64,000 bases of DNA. Source: Candidatus Bathyarchaeota archaeon (GTDB lineage Archaea > Thermoproteota > Bathyarchaeia > Bathyarchaeales > Bathycorpusculaceae). The stretch is taken from positions 64,001-128,000 of the forward strand of contig CAVZIW010000008.1 in the NCBI GenBank assembly GCA_963775465.1. Direction: 5' to 3'. This document shows, piece after piece, positions 30,706 to 40,067 of the stretch. The notes under the pieces are model-generated. The model was not told the DNA's origin. It did no database searches and was given only the letters and a program-made list of their open reading frames with translations. A program made the translations under genes and the position numbers. The first letter of the stretch is position 1, and the number at the start of each line of letters is the position of its first letter.

Positions 30706-30831
30706 TTAGTTTTGATCAACTAAGTGTGCAGTTCCATCTGGGCAGTAAACTTTTTCGTTTCTTGCCACTCGTCTGTACCGTTCGCTGCACATGTGCAGTA
30801 ATTCGCATCCGTCGCAATCTCTACTCAGCAT
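30706..30831 (-). CDS. 41-aa Cys/His-rich microprotein (not in the ORF track)
   Basis: MLSRDCDGCELLHMCSERYRRVARNEKVYCPDGTAHLVDQN, with a strong SD (AAGGAGG), a TATA-like element upstream and a T-rich tract downstream. Confidence 0.75.
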   Translation of the reverse strand: MLSRDCDGCELLHMCSERYRRVARNEKVYCPDGTAHLVDQN

Positions 30832-31010
30832 TTATTCGCCTCCTTAGGGCTTTTTACAGAGGTTAGTTTTTATTTATAAGGCTATGTAACATGGATGAAT
30901 ATACATTTTTTCTCCTTTTGAATGTAGAGCATTTTTTATAAGCAGAGCAGTCAGATGAGCAGGGGGTGGCTGTTTTGGTTTGGCAATCTAATATTGTGTT
31001 GCTGTGCGTG

Positions 31011-31148
31011 CTATATCACCTTGTCAGCTGCAGTTTTTAACGCGTGGCTAACGCGTGAACGGACGTACCCCCTGAATATGATGGGCAGGGTGAGTAGCCC
31101 CAGCGCCAATATTGTTGTTGCTAAATCCATTATGCAATTTTCCACCAT
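31011..31148 (-). CDS. Small single-TM protein (39-45 aa, not in the ORF track)
   Basis: MVENCIMDLATTILALGLLTLPIIFRGYVRSRVSHALKTAADKVI: a hydrophobic helix followed by basic residues. Confidence 0.45.
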   Translation of the reverse strand: MVENCIMDLATTILALGLLTLPIIFRGYVRSRVSHALKTAADKVI

Positions 31149-31362
31149 GTTTTTTTTGCTCTGAAAGGGGAATGCTATTCGATGGATATAAACGAATTTG
31201 AGAAATGTTCATGACAATTAAGAAAAATCAATCAAATATGACGAAACAATGAAATTACATCCACCTTCGTAGGTATATTCAGTTAAAAGATGGATAAACA
31301 TCCAAAAAATCTGCTCGTGCAATCCTTAAATCATAAAGCCACCATAAACCTAATCGACAACT

Positions 31363-31677
31363 ATGGGCGATCAAACCAAAAAATTCCATTTCCAAGAAAT
31401 CAACAAAATCCTCCAATTCCCTGCCGAAGGCAATCAAGGCAAATACCTTGGATACAAAATCCAAATCAAAAATCCCCCAACCGAAAACCAACCCGTACAA
31501 GACGTAAGCCTTTGCCAATTTCTCGAATCCACTGAAGTTGAACAAAACTACCCTCACACCGTCGGTTACTACAAAGAATCAAGCGAAGGCGCCAACTTCA
31601 ACCCCCAATATCTCGAGATACGAAAAATCGCGAATATTGAAGAGTTCTGGTTATTTCTCAATACCTGCAACCTTTAA
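31363..31677 (+). CDS. Hypothetical protein
   Basis: 104-aa ORF with a TATA-like CTTAAAT upstream. Confidence 0.6.
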   Translation: MGDQTKKFHFQEINKILQFPAEGNQGKYLGYKIQIKNPPTENQPVQDVSLCQFLESTEVEQNYPHTVGYYKESSEGANFNPQYLEIRKIANIEEFWLFLNTCNL

Positions 31678-31755
31678 AAAGACCCGTTTAAAAAAATGCA
31701 GAACAAAAATCTGCACTATCCAATTTTGTTATTCTATCCTTATCAACAGTTCAAG

Positions 31756-32073
31756 CTATATCATTGGAGACCTATGAACAATTAAGCTTTCGATAGTTCG
31801 AAGCAGTTGATACCCGAAAAGAATCGCTGCGAAGTAGGTCGGCCATAAAATCACTGGCCAGTTGCCCGGAGTATAGTTCCATAACCCCGTGGAAACAGCA
31901 AAGAATTCCATGAGCGCCAACGATATCATTCCACCTAAAGCCAACATCACTTGCTCTTTTACCTCATGTTTAGCTTTCCAGTTGCGACGCATAACCATTA
32001 AAATTGCCCATGCTCCAAGGAATGCAAACAGAAGTATATACCAGCTTGAATTAAAATCAAAGAATACGTTCAT
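31756..32073 (-). CDS. Small membrane protein (about 3 TM)
   Basis: Hydrophobic segments and an E....GLWNY motif. Confidence 0.7.
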   Translation of the reverse strand: MNVFFDFNSSWYILLFAFLGAWAILMVMRRNWKAKHEVKEQVMLALGGMISLALMEFFAVSTGLWNYTPGNWPVILWPTYFAAILFGYQLLRTIESLIVHRSPMI

Positions 32074-32088
32074 TTTTTCTCACCAAAT

Positions 32089-32739
32089 TTAATGTTTTAC
32101 TGCTCTTCCTCTACGAGGTCTATGGTTGCCCCAGCATTTTTTGCAGTAGACAGGTTTATCTGCTTTGGGCTGAAAGGGAACTTCACAGTTCGTACCACAT
32201 TCACTGCACATAGCGTTGAAAGTTGGAAGTGTGTGGAATTGCTTGAAGAGTTGGTAATTTTTCAGTCGCGGCCAGCCAGTCTTCGCATACTTGAGCATCT
32301 CAGGTTTGTCTTTTAGCCAACGCATCATATGAAAGAAGCTTTTGCCTCTTTTTTCATCGCGTTCAGCTAGTGGCTCATACCCCAAATTGCGGATCTCATC
32401 CAAATAAGCAATTTCTACTAGCTTCTGCGCCTCGCCGTCAACGTGGACACGCTTAACGCGGGCTTCACCGTAAGTTTTTTGGAGTTCCTCTGCTGCAACA
32501 TCAAAGATGCAGCCTTGACAAATGTGGATTTCCTCTTTGGGAGTCAACTTGAACCGTGATACGAGTTTTGACACTACACGGGATGATTCCTGAAGATACT
32601 CTTTTTCCCGGAAAATTTCCTGATAAAACCTAACGTCAATAAGGTCATACTTGAATTCGCCTGTGGGCTCGTGGTAGGCACCGACTACAACTCCGAAAAG
32701 CAAATCGCCGCTACCAGCATCGTCAACAATAAGAGTCAC
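32089..32739 (-). CDS. RNase HII-like N-terminal domain fused to a C-terminal CxxC-x17-CxxC zinc ribbon
   Basis: IVDDAGSGD..FGVVVG resembles RNase HII GIDEAGRG. The C-terminus is CSECG..CEVPFQP..DKPVYCKKC. Confidence 0.65.
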   Translation of the reverse strand: MTLIVDDAGSGDLLFGVVVGAYHEPTGEFKYDLIDVRFYQEIFREKEYLQESSRVVSKLVSRFKLTPKEEIHICQGCIFDVAAEELQKTYGEARVKRVHVDGEAQKLVEIAYLDEIRNLGYEPLAERDEKRGKSFFHMMRWLKDKPEMLKYAKTGWPRLKNYQLFKQFHTLPTFNAMCSECGTNCEVPFQPKADKPVYCKKCWGNHRPRRGRAVKH

Positions 32740-33016
32740 TCAGATAGTTCCCTCTCTATTCTCCAACCCAATATTACAGTCAACTATAAAAATCGATTTC
32801 TCAAAAAAAGAAAAAACAGGTTAGCAAAAACGAATCCGAAGCTCTTATTTCAGCCAAATTAATTTCCCTGGGCAGAATTATCTATTGAATTCATCAGTTT
32901 TTCAAACTTTCAAATCGGCTGGCATAGAAACAATTGAATCTAAAGAAGACATTTTATGGATTTGATAATAACCTTGTTTTGAAGTAACGAGAATCTGGTG
33001 CATCTGCAAAAATTAG

Positions 33017-33664
33017 TTATCTTATTGAAGCGGTTGCAACTTGTTTAACAGCTTTAGCGTCGAGCACATTCAAGATTCCATTCTTGCCAAGACGCAGCTG
33101 TTTTTCACCTCGGAAAACGCAAACTTGACCATTCCGCAACTCGATATTATCACCAACTGCGATAGATCCAATTTGCCCCTCCCAAAGACACAATTTCATT
33201 TTTCCCGTTTCATCCCCAACTACAGCATTAACAACCATAACATTATTACCAAATTGTGTGTGAACCTGTGCTGGTTTTGGTACTTCAAGAACCTCAGCTT
33301 TCAAATTTACTTTTTTCATGCCTGCTCTTAGGTCCCGAATCACCGAATAGATTGATTCATTGTTTTGTTTGGCAATTTTCTTCTTTATTTTATCGGTGCT
33401 CATCCAGCTTTCAAACGGATTATCTTTCCTTAAAAGGAACTCGTCATCTACACGGAATTGAGCGACTACATCACTATTCTTCGTAATTAGAAAAATGGTT
33501 TCGCCCTTAATTTGTCCACGAAATTCAACGGTGAGGTTGCCACATACGGCTTTCTCATTTTTCCTTGCAGCAACTAACGCTTGGAACATTTCGTTAGGGT
33601 AAATACTGTATTTGACTGAAAGCAAAGCTAAATGTTCGCCTAAAGTTGATTTTTTCTGTCGCAA
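33017..33664 (-). CDS. OB-fold ssDNA-binding (SSB/RPA-like) protein with an extra N-terminal domain
   Basis: C-terminal IRDLRAGMKKVNL...VGDETGKMKLCLW...FRGEKQL is typical of the archaeal SSB OB fold. Confidence 0.8.
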   Translation of the reverse strand: MRQKKSTLGEHLALLSVKYSIYPNEMFQALVAARKNEKAVCGNLTVEFRGQIKGETIFLITKNSDVVAQFRVDDEFLLRKDNPFESWMSTDKIKKKIAKQNNESIYSVIRDLRAGMKKVNLKAEVLEVPKPAQVHTQFGNNVMVVNAVVGDETGKMKLCLWEGQIGSIAVGDNIELRNGQVCVFRGEKQLRLGKNGILNVLDAKAVKQVATASIR

Positions 33665-33936
33665 ATTCCTCTCTCTATCCTTTAAAGTTGCCGAGAAAAA
33701 GCAAAACCTGACTTGCTAATTTTCTCAATCGGTTCAACTATGTCTGGCTACCTATATTAGTTTGACTATGGATCTTTTGAAGTTAATATCCCCTTCGTAA
33801 ATTCATAAATCGAAGTTTACATGTTTGTTTGTCACCTTGCGAGCATTCAATTTATAAGTATGTATGATGTGATAGGTGTAATGTGTAAAAAGCAACTTTT
33901 TTACACATCCAATATAGTAGGAGTTGAAAATAGAAA

Positions 33937-34080
33937 ATGTCATACGGTAACAGAGAGATGCACAAGGCAACCTGCGCTGACTGCGGAAAAGAATGTGATG
34001 TTCCTTTCAAGCCAGACGGCACAAGGCCAGTTTACTGCCGAGAATGCTACTCTAAACGAAGACCACCAAGAAGATACTAA
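33937..34080 (+). CDS. 47-aa stand-alone CxxC-x17-CxxC zinc-ribbon protein (not in the ORF track)
   Basis: MSYGNREMHKATCADCGKECDVPFKPDGTRPVYCRECYSKRRPPRRY, with an SD (AGGAG) and a downstream T-tract. Confidence 0.88.
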   Translation: MSYGNREMHKATCADCGKECDVPFKPDGTRPVYCRECYSKRRPPRRY

Positions 34081-34243
34081 GCTAGCAGCTAAGCATCTTT
34101 CTAACTAGTCTAAAATTTTCTTTTTTATTTTTATAATTTTCATCCACCCAACAATTTGTTTAAGTCGCTTTCATTTGACCCCCTCATAGCAACTATAAAT
34201 TCTTATAATCCGCAAAACAAATAACTGAGCGGAGCCTTCAAAA

Positions 34244-35020
34244 TTGAAGCAATTTCTGATAACACCCGCAGCGGGTAAACGTTTAATCGCCAAGACAATC
34301 GCAAACCACCCATCCATCCGGAAAGCCATCAGAAACAACAGCGTTGTGATCGTGGCTGGAACAACAAACGGTTATGTGGCAGAAGAAATTTTAAAAACAT
34401 ACAAAATAGCAGACGACTTTTCAAGAAAACATTTCTTCCGCGGATTAACTATGCCATCTACGCTGAAAGTTTCTGCTGAAGGCAGATTAAAAGATGAAAG
34501 CCAGTTTCCAGGTGACGTTGTCATTGTTAAGGGCGTTTGGGAAAGAGACAAATCGATAAATGATGTAATCGATGTTCTCAAGGAAGGAGACATCATTCTA
34601 AAAGGTGCAAACGCTTTAAACTTGGCTCGTCGCCAGGCTGCAATTTTGATAGGTCACCCAAAAGCTGGAACTATCGGCCTAGCTCTGCCTGCAGTTGTAG
34701 GACGTCGCGTCAGGCTTATTTTGCCTGTTGGGTTGGAAAAACGGGTAGATTGCGATTTAAATGCTTTAGCTACTAAACTTAATATTCCCGGAGAGGGAGG
34801 ATACCGTTTGCTACCTGTGCCCGGTGAAATTTTCACCGAGATTGACGCTTTGACAGCGCTAACAGCTGCACACGTCGAGTTAATTGCAGCAGGCGGAGTC
34901 TGTGGAGCGGAAGGCGGCTGTTGGATTGCTGTTACAGGTGAGCCTGAACAGGAAGCTTTCGCCGAGCAAGTTCTTATCTCCTTAGCGGATGAACCTCCCT
35001 TTACCGAAGAATACCTTTAA
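34244..35020 (+). CDS. Conserved hypothetical protein
   Basis: [32 protein letters not shown] and GGVCGAEG motifs. Confidence 0.75.
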   Translation: MKQFLITPAAGKRLIAKTIANHPSIRKAIRNNSVVIVAGTTNGYVAEEILKTYKIADDFSRKHFFRGLTMPSTLKVSAEGRLKDESQFPGDVVIVKGVWERDKSINDVIDVLKEGDIILKGANALNLARRQAAILIGHPKAGTIGLALPAVVGRRVRLILPVGLEKRVDCDLNALATKLNIPGEGGYRLLPVPGEIFTEIDALTALTAAHVELIAAGGVCGAEGGCWIAVTGEPEQEAFAEQVLISLADEPPFTEEYL

Positions 35021-35304
35021 GCTATTTCTAGATAAGCTGCTCCTCAAGACTGCAAATCTTCTAATTTCCTCTCTCCTCCATTCGGGACTTTTGCCAAAAA
35101 AGCTGCATAAAAACGCGGTCAAACTCGACGTCGCCTAAAATTTCCTTTTGAAGTTATTATCACCTGTTTCCATAAATCTAATTCCTCAAAGTCAAATAAA
35201 AAAGATCTAATAAGCAATCTATGGATCAATTTTCTATCGTTTCAAACCTTAAATGGATAAGAGAACACACCAGCAGGTCCTAAAAAATTTAAAATCAATG
35301 CTTA

Positions 35305-35344
35305 GTCAAGAAACTTTGACTTAAGTTAGTCAAGAAAACTTGAC
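35305..35344. promoter_or_regulatory. Tandem palindromic operator-like sites GTCAAG-N4-(C/T)TTGAC upstream of the corrinoid uptake operon
   Basis: GTCAAGaaacTTTGAC (35305-20) and GTCAAGaaaaCTTGAC (35329-44), both preceded by TTA, lie just upstream of a TATA-like CTTAAT. Confidence 0.6.
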
Positions 35345-35529
35345 AAAAACCCTTAATTTGAAAGAATCAACCCATCTTTAAACATGACAAAAACTGCAAA
35401 TGGTTTGATACTGCGTATTGCTATTTTGTTGGTTTCAAGTTTCAGTTCAATAGCTATTGTCTCGTGTATTTTCGTAAGCTTTATAAGATTTTGGTTGGAT
35501 AATCCATCCATTAAATGGACTGAAAGAAT

Positions 35530-36501
35530 ATGAAAAAAAGTTTGCTATCAATAATAGCGATAATAGTAATAGCAACCATCCTGATAGCTGCCTTTATATA
35601 CCTCAACTATACCTCCCCAAACAGTTCAAACAATACCAATCTCTCAGTTGTCGACGATGAAGGATATACTACCACTTTCTCCTCGATTCCGCAAAGAATT
35701 ATTTCTCTTGCCCCAAGCAACACCCAAATCCTCTTTGCCATAGGCTTAGATGACAAAGTTGTGGGAATAACCGATTATGACCATTATCCTTACAACTTTA
35801 CTGCTTGGATAGAAGCTGGAAACATTACCAGTATCGGGGGTTTCTCTACACCTAACAAAGAAACCATCGCCTCGTTAAAACCAGATTTGATTTTGGCTAC
35901 GCCTATTAATGATCCGGATGTTGTGACTTTGCGGGATTTAGGTTACAAGGTTTTGGTTTTGAACCCTAATGATGTTGATGGTGTGTTAGGTGATATTTCT
36001 ATGGTGGGTAAAGCTGCTGGTGTGGATCAGAATGCAGCAACGCTTGTGGATTCTTTAACTAGCCAGATTGACGCTATTGAAGCAAAAATTGCTTCTGCTG
36101 ATTTGCCTAAGCCTAAGGTTTACTATGAGGTGTGGACTCCTCCTTTGATGTCTGCTGGTAATGGCTCGTTTATTAATGATGTGATTTTGAAGGCTGGTGG
36201 GGTTAACATTTTTGGCGGTGAAAGTCAGCAGTATCCTGCGGTTAGTTCTGAAACGGTGGTGCAGAGTGATCCTGATGTTATTATGTTGCCTTCTGAGATG
36301 GCTAATACTGGGGAGGCGCCTTTCTATGGGAGTGTGGCTGATGTTAAGGCTAGGCCGGGTTGGAGTTCGATTAGTGCGGTGGAGAATGATCGGGTGATAG
36401 TTGTTAGTGGGGATTTGTTTGCTGAGGCAGGGCCAAGAATTGCGGAGCAGATTGCGGTGGCAGCTGAAGCGTTTTACCCAGAACTCTTTAATTCAACCTA
36501 A
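35530..36501 (+). CDS. btuF: Cobalamin/corrinoid ABC transporter substrate-binding protein (BtuF-like)
   Basis: N-terminal anchor, PQRIISLAPSNTQILFAIG, LKPDLIL, GGVNIF and GPRI motifs, in a cbiZ context. Confidence 0.82.
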   Translation: MKKSLLSIIAIIVIATILIAAFIYLNYTSPNSSNNTNLSVVDDEGYTTTFSSIPQRIISLAPSNTQILFAIGLDDKVVGITDYDHYPYNFTAWIEAGNITSIGGFSTPNKETIASLKPDLILATPINDPDVVTLRDLGYKVLVLNPNDVDGVLGDISMVGKAAGVDQNAATLVDSLTSQIDAIEAKIASADLPKPKVYYEVWTPPLMSAGNGSFINDVILKAGGVNIFGGESQQYPAVSSETVVQSDPDVIMLPSEMANTGEAPFYGSVADVKARPGWSSISAVENDRVIVVSGDLFAEAGPRIAEQIAVAAEAFYPELFNST

Positions 36502-36521
36502 CCCTTTTTTTGTGTTTACAA

Positions 36522-37604
36522 ATGTCAGTTGATGAAGTCCAAAAAAAATATTCAAAACGACCGTATAGATGGAAACTCATACTACTAACCTTAGTAGCCG
36601 CATTAGTCCTTTTTATTATACTTTGTTTGAACGTTGGGTTTGCTCCCATTAGTTTCTCAGACATAATGACTATTATAGGCAAACAAGTGCCCTTTCTCAA
36701 TCAATACATAAACCCATCATCTGTTTCCGTTGTTAATGAAGCCATAATCCTGCAAATACGATTGCCACGTATTTTAGCGGGAGCAATAGTCGGCGCAGGA
36801 TTAGCCGCAGCAGGAGTAATGTATCAAGGTATATTTAGAAACCCAATGGCCGACTCTTACCTGCTTGGTGCGTCAGCAGGCGCCTCTTTTGGCTACACGT
36901 TAGCTGTCTTATACGGTGGAACTCTAGCCGCTAACATTTTAGGGATGGGACTATTCCAAATAGTTGCTTTTTTGGGAGCGGTACTTACCGTATTTCTTGT
37001 TTACTTCATGTCACGAGTTGGAAACAAAGTTCCCATAACAACGCTCTTGCTTTCAGGCATAGTTGTTAACATTTTCATCTTGTCTCTACAAACAGTATTC
37101 GAGCTACGTTCTGGACAAGCATTAATGGGAATTGTAGCTTGGATCGCCGGAGGATTTACCAACATAACTTGGACTAGCATATACACGGTTTTCCCAGTTG
37201 TATTGATTGGGACGGTTCTTGCATATTTCTTCACCAAAGACCTCAACTTGCTATCGATGGGCGACGACACTGCCCAACATCTAGGAGTGAATACAGAAAG
37301 AGTGCGCCAGATTCTTCTGCTGCTGAGTTCTTTAGTTACCGCCGCAGTAGTGTCAATTAGCGGGATAATAGGGTTTGTAGGACTTATCATTCCTCACATG
37401 ACTCGGCTTATTATAGGACCAGACCATCGCATTCTTCTACCCACATCTGCAATCGTCGGAGCTATATTTTTAATACTATGTGACTCTTTAGCAAGGGTTG
37501 CTACAGGAGCCTCTGAGCTTCCAGTGGGCGTTATAACAGCTTTGGCGGGAACACCCTTCTTCATCTACCTGCTTAGAAAACGAAAAACTAGCTATTCATT
37601 ATAA
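36522..37604 (+). CDS. btuC: FecCD/BtuC-family ABC permease
   Basis: IRLPR, FRNPMAD, SAGAS, GFVGLIIPH and ELPVG motifs. Confidence 0.88.
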   Translation: MSVDEVQKKYSKRPYRWKLILLTLVAALVLFIILCLNVGFAPISFSDIMTIIGKQVPFLNQYINPSSVSVVNEAIILQIRLPRILAGAIVGAGLAAAGVMYQGIFRNPMADSYLLGASAGASFGYTLAVLYGGTLAANILGMGLFQIVAFLGAVLTVFLVYFMSRVGNKVPITTLLLSGIVVNIFILSLQTVFELRSGQALMGIVAWIAGGFTNITWTSIYTVFPVVLIGTVLAYFFTKDLNLLSMGDDTAQHLGVNTERVRQILLLLSSLVTAAVVSISGIIGFVGLIIPHMTRLIIGPDHRILLPTSAIVGAIFLILCDSLARVATGASELPVGVITALAGTPFFIYLLRKRKTSYSL

Positions 37605-37617
37605 TGGAGAAAAAAAC

Positions 37618-38967
37618 ATGGTAATACTGTCAGTCGATGGAGTAGAATGCCGTTACGGCTCGATTAAGATTCTAGAGAACGTTAGCTTAACTTTCAAGGA
37701 AGGAGATTTTGTCGGAATTCTGGGACCCAATGGTTCAGGAAAGAGTACACTTCTCAAAAGCATCAGTCGAACCCTCAAACCAACCAAAGGGACTGTGCTC
37801 CTCGACAAAACTGACATTTACGATATGAAAAGTGTTGATTTAGCTAAGCATATGGCCATAGTGCCCCAGGAAAGTAACATCGGCTTTAGCTTCACAGCTC
37901 TTGACATAGTTCTTATGGGACGTAACCCCCACATGAAACGGTTTCAGATGGAATCTGAAAAGGATATGGTGATTGTCCGTAAAGCTATGAAACAAACCAA
38001 CACTTGGCAATTGGCAGACCGACCAATAAATGAACTGAGCGGAGGTGAAAAACAGCGGGTGGTAATCGCCCGTGCACTTGCACAAGAACCAAGAGTCCTG
38101 TTACTCGATGAACCACTAACCCATTTGGATCTAATTAACCAATTAGAGATCATGGATCTGGTTCAGGGCTTGAGTGCAAGGGATCACTTGATTGTTTTGG
38201 CAGTAATTCACGACTTAAACATAGTAGGTCGCTACTGCACCTCAGCTATTCTGCTTAAGGATTCATGTATTTACGCAGCAGGTCCACTTGATCAAGTCTT
38301 GACAAGTGCGAATATTAAAAACGTTTTTCATGTTGACGCCATCGTCAAAAAGAGTCCAGTCACGAATTCACCCTACGTTATTCCGCTCTCACCTCAAAAG
38401 ACCTCGCTTGAACGCAAATGCGCTATCCACATAATATGTGGCGCCGGAACAGGTACTCTGATAATGAAAGCATTAGTGGATGAGGGCTATGTAGTGACAA
38501 CGGGTGTTCTTAACACGTTAGACACTGATTATGAGACTGCTGAACTCCTGAGAATTCCAACAGTAAGCGAGGCGCCATTTTCACCTATAACAAAAGAAAC
38601 GAAGTTAGCAAACTTGGACATGATAAATCAAGCAGCTATCGTTGTTGTTACATCAGTTCCATTCGGGTTCGGCAACCTCTCTAACCTCGAAGCTGCACTG
38701 CAAGCACTGAAACAAGGCACTCGAACATACGTTATCGACGAGATTCCAATCGAGGTGCGAGATTTTACTAATGGTCGAGCAGTAACAATTTTTGCTGAAC
38801 TGCGAAAACAGGGAGCGATATTCATAAAACATCCTTCTGAACTACCCACTCTTGTAAATGCTACTCACAAATCGATTGAATTGTGTAAACTTGGACAAAC
38901 TGAAATTCCAGGTCACTTAAAAGACGCAGTTAAAGTAATGCATTCAAAGAGAAAGGACGCAAAATAA
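37618..38967 (+). CDS. btuD: ABC ATP-binding protein (BtuD/FecE-like) with an approximately 190-aa C-terminal extension
   Basis: GPNGSGKS, LSGGEKQR, LLDEP and HD motifs, plus an extra domain beginning HIICGAGTG. Confidence 0.85.
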   Translation: MVILSVDGVECRYGSIKILENVSLTFKEGDFVGILGPNGSGKSTLLKSISRTLKPTKGTVLLDKTDIYDMKSVDLAKHMAIVPQESNIGFSFTALDIVLMGRNPHMKRFQMESEKDMVIVRKAMKQTNTWQLADRPINELSGGEKQRVVIARALAQEPRVLLLDEPLTHLDLINQLEIMDLVQGLSARDHLIVLAVIHDLNIVGRYCTSAILLKDSCIYAAGPLDQVLTSANIKNVFHVDAIVKKSPVTNSPYVIPLSPQKTSLERKCAIHIICGAGTGTLIMKALVDEGYVVTTGVLNTLDTDYETAELLRIPTVSEAPFSPITKETKLANLDMINQAAIVVVTSVPFGFGNLSNLEAALQALKQGTRTYVIDEIPIEVRDFTNGRAVTIFAELRKQGAIFIKHPSELPTLVNATHKSIELCKLGQTEIPGHLKDAVKVMHSKRKDAK

Positions 38968-40067
38968 TGCAAAAAGCTGGGACCCCGATTCCATTTGGTG
39001 CAGAAAAACACAACAGAAAACTAAATCACTTCATCTGGTCTTGCACCCGTGCTTACCCGGTTAAACATGTGTTTTCCCTTGGCGATGGCAAGCCTTTGCC
39101 AAATGAACTCAATACCGTTGAAGCTAAATCAATGCTCAAGAAAGTAGCTGATTTCGGGGTCGATAACTTGTTCATTTCGGGCGCAGGTTGGACAGGTGAA
39201 CCGTTGATGCGCAAAGACTTCTCAGAACTTATCCGTTATGCATCTGAGCTTAAGTTGTCGCCTTACGTGAAAGTTACTGGTTGGCACTTTGACCAAAAGG
39301 TAGCTAACGAGTTAAAGGCAGCTGACTGTAAAGCCATCATTTGTTTTGCGGGACTTAAGGAAACTGACACCAAGCTCCGCGGCGAGGGCGCTTTTGAAGG
39401 AAGTACAAACGCCGCGCAACTATGCAAAGAAAACGGCATTCCATTCGCGGTAAGCGTAATCAATACAAAATACATCGCCAACCAAGTTACTGCTTTAGTC
39501 GAATTTGCGATAGGCTTAGAAGCACAAAGCTTCCACTTGGCATCCCTGATTCCGCAGCCCATAGATGTTGAAAATCAACTCGAGATTTTAGCTCCACTAG
39601 AACCAACTCCTCAACAAAGGGAAGACCAACTAGAAGAAGTTTACCACTTAAACAAGAAGAAGCATGGTATAATTTCGATTGTACCTTACGAAATGTTCAA
39701 CAACCGTCTACTCAAGACGAAAGATCCAGCCATTGAACTTAGAAGCACCTGCAGTATGTGTGATAACTTGCACAAGAACGAGTGGCTGGAAATCTTGGAA
39801 GATGGAAAAGCCTACGCATGTGCGCCTCTTAATCTAAAATTTGGCGATATAAGAGTTGACAGCATTGAGCAAATCATGGCTCGGATGAGAACCTCTGAGC
39901 GCCTGAAGTGGCTTGCTGACCGTAGTAACCTTAAGGGTAAATGCGGCATCTGTGATTATCAATCGATCTGTGGTGGTTGTAGAGCTCGAGCCTATATTTA
40001 CACTAAAGACTATCAAAATCAGGATCCTGCATGTGTCTACATACCGAAAAAGGTCGAGAGAACATGA
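38967..40067 (+). CDS. Radical SAM/SPASM-like protein (AhbC/AhbD/NirJ-like) lacking CxxxCxxC
   Basis: ELNT.EA, GEPLMRKD, LRG.GAF and SPASM GKCGICDYQSICGGCRARAY..DPAC motifs. Confidence 0.75.
   Translation: MQKAGTPIPFGAEKHNRKLNHFIWSCTRAYPVKHVFSLGDGKPLPNELNTVEAKSMLKKVADFGVDNLFISGAGWTGEPLMRKDFSELIRYASELKLSPYVKVTGWHFDQKVANELKAADCKAIICFAGLKETDTKLRGEGAFEGSTNAAQLCKENGIPFAVSVINTKYIANQVTALVEFAIGLEAQSFHLASLIPQPIDVENQLEILAPLEPTPQQREDQLEEVYHLNKKKHGIISIVPYEMFNNRLLKTKDPAIELRSTCSMCDNLHKNEWLEILEDGKAYACAPLNLKFGDIRVDSIEQIMARMRTSERLKWLADRSNLKGKCGICDYQSICGGCRARAYIYTKDYQNQDPACVYIPKKVERT

Noticed and set aside
35301-35344. CRISPR mini-array
   Set aside because: There are only two units with an 8-nt spacer and no cas genes. 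It fits an operator better.
35020-35530. Cobalamin riboswitch upstream of btuF
   Set aside because: The region is AT-rich with no B12-box or GGGAA..GCCACUG elements. Only DNA palindromes are present.
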